Assembly: GCA_942493095.1 (NCBI GenBank)
Contig: OW818675.1
Location: 630,001-662,000, forward strand
Direction: 5' to 3'
From: Candidatus Electronema halotolerans
GTDB lineage: Bacteria > Desulfobacterota > Desulfobulbia > Desulfobulbales > Desulfobulbaceae
Length of the DNA stretch: 32,000 bases
Shown: piece by piece, positions 27,031 to 32,000 of the stretch
Layout of the letters: the number at the start of each line of letters is the position of its first letter
How positions within the stretch are numbered: position 1 is the first letter of the stretch
Notes under the pieces: generated by a model
Database searches by the model: none
Seen by the model: the letters and a program-made list of their open reading frames with translations, nothing else
What the model was told of the DNA's origin: nothing
Program-made: the position numbers and the translations under genes

Positions 27031-27124
27031 TATTTCAGCCTGTAATTGGACAAGCAGCATTTTTTGCTGTGACGTGCAACGTGAAGCCAAGTTCGCTGCC
27101 AGCAGCCTGCGGCGCAAAATAAAA

Positions 27125-27155
27125 AAGGAGTCAGCTTGCAACTTGCTGACTCCTT
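27125..27155 (-). terminator. Rho-independent terminator downstream of tRNA-Arg
   Basis: Perfect 11-bp stem AAGGAGTCAGC / GCTGACTCCTT followed on the minus strand by TTTTATTTT. Confidence 0.85.
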
Positions 27156-27163
27156 GAATATTC

Positions 27164-27240
27164 TGGCGCACCTGGCAGGATTCGAACCTGCCACCACCGG
27201 ATTCGTAGTCCGATGCTCTATCCAGATGAGCTACAGGTGC
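27164..27240 (-). tRNA. tRNA-Arg(ACG), CCA encoded
   Basis: GCACCTG TA GCTC ATCTGGATA GAGC A TCGGA CTACGAA TCCGG TGGTG GCAGG TTCGAAT CCTGC CAGGTGC G CCA; all four stems form. Confidence 0.97.
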
Positions 27241-27503
27241 AGTGGAGATAGTATTTACTCGAAATCCGGCCTGCGCACAAGTCCTTTTTGCACAAAAATC
27301 GGTTCAGGCGTATTTTTTCACAGACAGGGATTGCTCCGCGCCTTCCGGCCAATGGTGGATTGGAAGCCGCCGTGGCCGGGCCGGAAGAGGCGATGATGCG
27401 GATAGACTGCTTCTTGTTCGTGTCCAAGTCAAAGGTAACTTCGATCTACGGCCCGCCGTGCGGCGTGGACAGGATTTCAGGTGGTCTCCCTTTTGTTTTG
27501 TTC

Positions 27504-28745
27504 TTATTTAACCAACTGATTCATCTCAAAGATTGGCAAGAGGATGGACATGACAATGAAGCCGACCGCCCCGCCCATCAGGAGAATCATGATCGGCTCA
27601 ATCATGGAGGTCATGGCCATGACCTTGGCCTCCACCTCCTTCTCGTAGCTGTCCGCCGCCTTGGCCAGCATTTTGTCCAAGGAGCCGCTCTGCTCGCCCA
27701 CCGCGATCATCTGCACCAGCATGGGAGTGAAGTATTTGTTGCCGCGCAGAAAACCGGACAGACTCTTGCCTTTTTCCAGCTCCTCGCCCGCCTGATCCAG
27801 TATCTCAGAGAGTAAGACATTATTGAGGATGTTTTTAACAATCTGGAGCGAAGTGACCAAGGGCACCCCGGACTGGAGCAGGCTGGACATGGTTCGGCCC
27901 AGCGAGGCGGCGGCGATTTTCACGTTCAAGTCTCTGAGCACGGGCAGGGTCAGCTTGAGCCGGTCCCAGAGCCGCCGGCCCTGCGGATGTTCCACTAAGA
28001 AGAGGCGCAGGCCCACACCTGCTGCAACCAGGAGCAGAAGCACGGCCCACCACCAGTGCTGCAAAAAGCTGCTGAATTGAATCAGCAGGGTGGTGGTCAG
28101 GGGCAGGGCCTGATCGCGGTCAGTGAAAACTTTGGTGATCGAGGGAACAATAAAGGTGATCAGCAGGAAGAGGACAACCATACCAACCACGGCCATGAAA
28201 ATGGGATAGATCAGAGCCGCCCGGATGCGCGCCCGCAGGGCCTGCTGTCGCTCGCCGAACTCGGCCAGCCGCTCCAGCACCACATCCAAGGAGCCGGAAG
28301 CCTCGCCCGCATGGACCATGTTGATATAGACTTTGGAAAAGAGGCGGGGATGCTCAGACAGGGCATTGGTCAGCGAGTTGCCCTCGTTGACCGCATCCTT
28401 GATCTGGGCAATGATGGTTTGGAGCGACTTGTTGCCGGTTTGCTCGATCAGGCCGGTCAGAGCCGGGATAAGGGGAATGCCTGCGCCAAGCAGGGTGGCG
28501 AGCTGCCGGGTGGCGGCGTGAATGTCCTCCTGGCTGATGCGCTGTCCGCTTTGAAGCGTGAAAAAGCCGCTTTTGGCAGCGGCCTTTCCTCCTTTTCGGC
28601 CCTTGGGACGAGTCTCGCGGATGTCAACCGGATACTTGCCCTGCTGCCGGATCTTCTGCCGGGCAACAGACAGCGAGTCCGCATCCAGCATCCCTTTATG
28701 CTTTTTTCCGGCAGCATCAAGTGCTGTGTATTCGTAAACCGGCAT
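27504..28745 (-). CDS. pilC: Type IV pilus/type II secretion inner-membrane protein (PilC/GspF family)
   Basis: 413 aa; MPVYEYTALDAAGKKHKGMLDADS, FTRQLATLL-like ATRQLATLLGAGIPLIPALTGLIEQ, second T2SF domain ARTM-like GRTMSSLLQSGVPLVTSLQIV, C-term IEPIMILLMGGAVGFIVMSILLPIFEMNQLV. Confidence 0.95.
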   Translation of the reverse strand: MPVYEYTALDAAGKKHKGMLDADSLSVARQKIRQQGKYPVDIRETRPKGRKGGKAAAKSGFFTLQSGQRISQEDIHAATRQLATLLGAGIPLIPALTGLIEQTGNKSLQTIIAQIKDAVNEGNSLTNALSEHPRLFSKVYINMVHAGEASGSLDVVLERLAEFGERQQALRARIRAALIYPIFMAVVGMVVLFLLITFIVPSITKVFTDRDQALPLTTTLLIQFSSFLQHWWWAVLLLLVAAGVGLRLFLVEHPQGRRLWDRLKLTLPVLRDLNVKIAAASLGRTMSSLLQSGVPLVTSLQIVKNILNNVLLSEILDQAGEELEKGKSLSGFLRGNKYFTPMLVQMIAVGEQSGSLDKMLAKAADSYEKEVEAKVMAMTSMIEPIMILLMGGAVGFIVMSILLPIFEMNQLVK

Positions 28746-28776
28746 CAGCAGCCCGTTGTCCGGCAGAAATTATTGG

Positions 28777-29562
28777 TCAGCTCTCCCGGACCAGACGGAT
28801 GTCCCATGCCTCGGAACGGCCTTCGTTGCTGGGATTTTCGACAATGCGGAACTCGAATATCCGGGTGGAGTCTTGGAAATAGTAGTCGCCTTCCAAGGTC
28901 GATTTGGACAGATGGAAAAACACAGTCTCCGGCTTGAGCATGTGATTGTCCTGCATTCTGAAGAAGCGGAAAAAACCGAAGCCCCGGTCAGCGTTGAAAT
29001 TGGCCACTGTGCCCCGCTGCCATTCGCCGGGCTGGTCCTGCTGACTTTCGTCAGGATGGAAGGGCAGCAGGCCGGGAATGAGAAAGCCGGACACAAAAGA
29101 ATCCGCAACCTCGCGCAGTTCGCGGCTGACATTGTTGAAGCCGATCACATCAACGCGGCAGCCCATGTTCTGTAGGGCCGTGACCAAGCGGATGAAGTCG
29201 CCGTCACCGGTGAGCAGGACAATGCGGTCCAAATTGCGGGCCTGCAGCAGGGCATCAATGGCCAAATCCATGTCCGCATTGGCCTTGGTGGTGACATTGC
29301 CCTCCTCATCCTCATAACGGCGGACAAACTTTTTGATGATCTTGAAGCCGCACTGCCGCAGGATGTTGTGATAAAAATAAACTTTCTGCCGATAATCCGG
29401 CTCTTTGCTGGTCCGTTCCCGGTCTTCGGCCAAATAGCAGTTGGCCCGCAGCAGGATCGAGGTTGGGGTGTTGGCAATATCAACCAGGACATCATAACGC
29501 ATCCCGTAACCGCCGCTCATTTTGATATTTTCCGCATCCACATAAATTCCGGTTTTCAACAT
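28777..29562 (-). CDS. NYN-domain (LabA/DUF88) putative ribonuclease with C-terminal cold-shock-like domain
   Basis: GIYVDAENIKMS, KANADMDLAIDALLQARNLDRIVLLTGDGDFIRLVTALQNMGCRVDVIG, VSRELREVADSF; C-term RGTVANFNADRGFGFFRF...VFFHLSKST. Confidence 0.85.
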   Translation of the reverse strand: MLKTGIYVDAENIKMSGGYGMRYDVLVDIANTPTSILLRANCYLAEDRERTSKEPDYRQKVYFYHNILRQCGFKIIKKFVRRYEDEEGNVTTKANADMDLAIDALLQARNLDRIVLLTGDGDFIRLVTALQNMGCRVDVIGFNNVSRELREVADSFVSGFLIPGLLPFHPDESQQDQPGEWQRGTVANFNADRGFGFFRFFRMQDNHMLKPETVFFHLSKSTLEGDYYFQDSTRIFEFRIVENPSNEGRSEAWDIRLVRES

Positions 29563-29634
29563 GATGATAATGAAAGGGTAAAATAATGAAAAGGTGAAGG
29601 GTGAAATAAACTGTTGTTCTCTGCCCGCAAAAAA

Positions 29635-29666
29635 GAAAAAACAAGGGAGAAAATTGCTTTTCTCCC
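29635..29666 (-). terminator. Rho-independent terminator downstream of guaA
   Basis: GGGAGAAAA / TTTTCTCCC stem at 29645-29666; minus strand continues TTGTTTTTTCTTTTT. Confidence 0.85.
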
Positions 29667-29684
29667 GTTTCTGCCTGTGTTATG

Positions 29685-31229
<1,545 letters not shown>

Positions 31230-31258
31230 GATGTGGCGGAAAAGCTGATTCTTGGCAA

Positions 31259-32000
<742 letters not shown>

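Noticed and set aside
27125-27155. Inverted repeat next to tRNA-Arg considered as an att/integration site
   Set aside because: It is an 11-bp stem followed by a T-run on the tRNA strand, a simple terminator; no integrase or duplicated tRNA 3' end seen.
28056-28937. 293-aa plus-strand ORF
   Set aside because: Antisense to pilC/gspF and the NYN gene; shadow ORF.

Overview
Mostly GC-rich chromosomal DNA that looks like an anaerobic, c-type-cytochrome-rich bacterium; the gene content is compatible with Desulfobacterota/Desulfobulbales, which is inference. Core genes: epmA-like, a ThiC-superfamily gene behind a cobalamin-riboswitch-like leader, resB/ccsA-type cytochrome c maturation plus a tetraheme cytochrome c3, yifB/comM, a B12-binding radical SAM protein with a lipid A-type acyltransferase, yebC-ruvC, engB, hisG, a U32 peptidase/hydroxylase, tRNA-Arg(ACG), pilC/gspF, a NYN-domain protein, guaA and the 3' end of guaB. 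Mobile material: an edge-truncated IS5-type transposase, an IS66 remnant, and an apparently intact IS630-type element with terminal IRs, a TA duplication and an A9 slippery site. Most interesting observations: (1) a divergent two-gene locus, egtD-like methyltransferase plus a 1134-aa fusion of a molybdopterin oxidoreductase and a cysteine desulfurase. It reads as a metallopterin-dependent, oxygen-independent ergothioneine pathway and lies between an intact hisG and a hisG 5' remnant. (2) The ThiC homologue behind a B12-riboswitch-like leader is probably a BzaF-type 5-hydroxybenzimidazole synthase rather than thiamin ThiC. (3) guaB carries an intein whose C-terminal splice junction (HN|S) lies two residues before the IMPDH catalytic Cys. 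(4) A membrane-anchored HNH protein carries two PUR/DUF3276-like repeats. (5) An AT-rich two-gene cassette encodes unknown secreted and membrane coiled-coil proteins. (6) ruvC has no ATG/GTG/TTG start. All family calls are from reading motifs; no database search was run.
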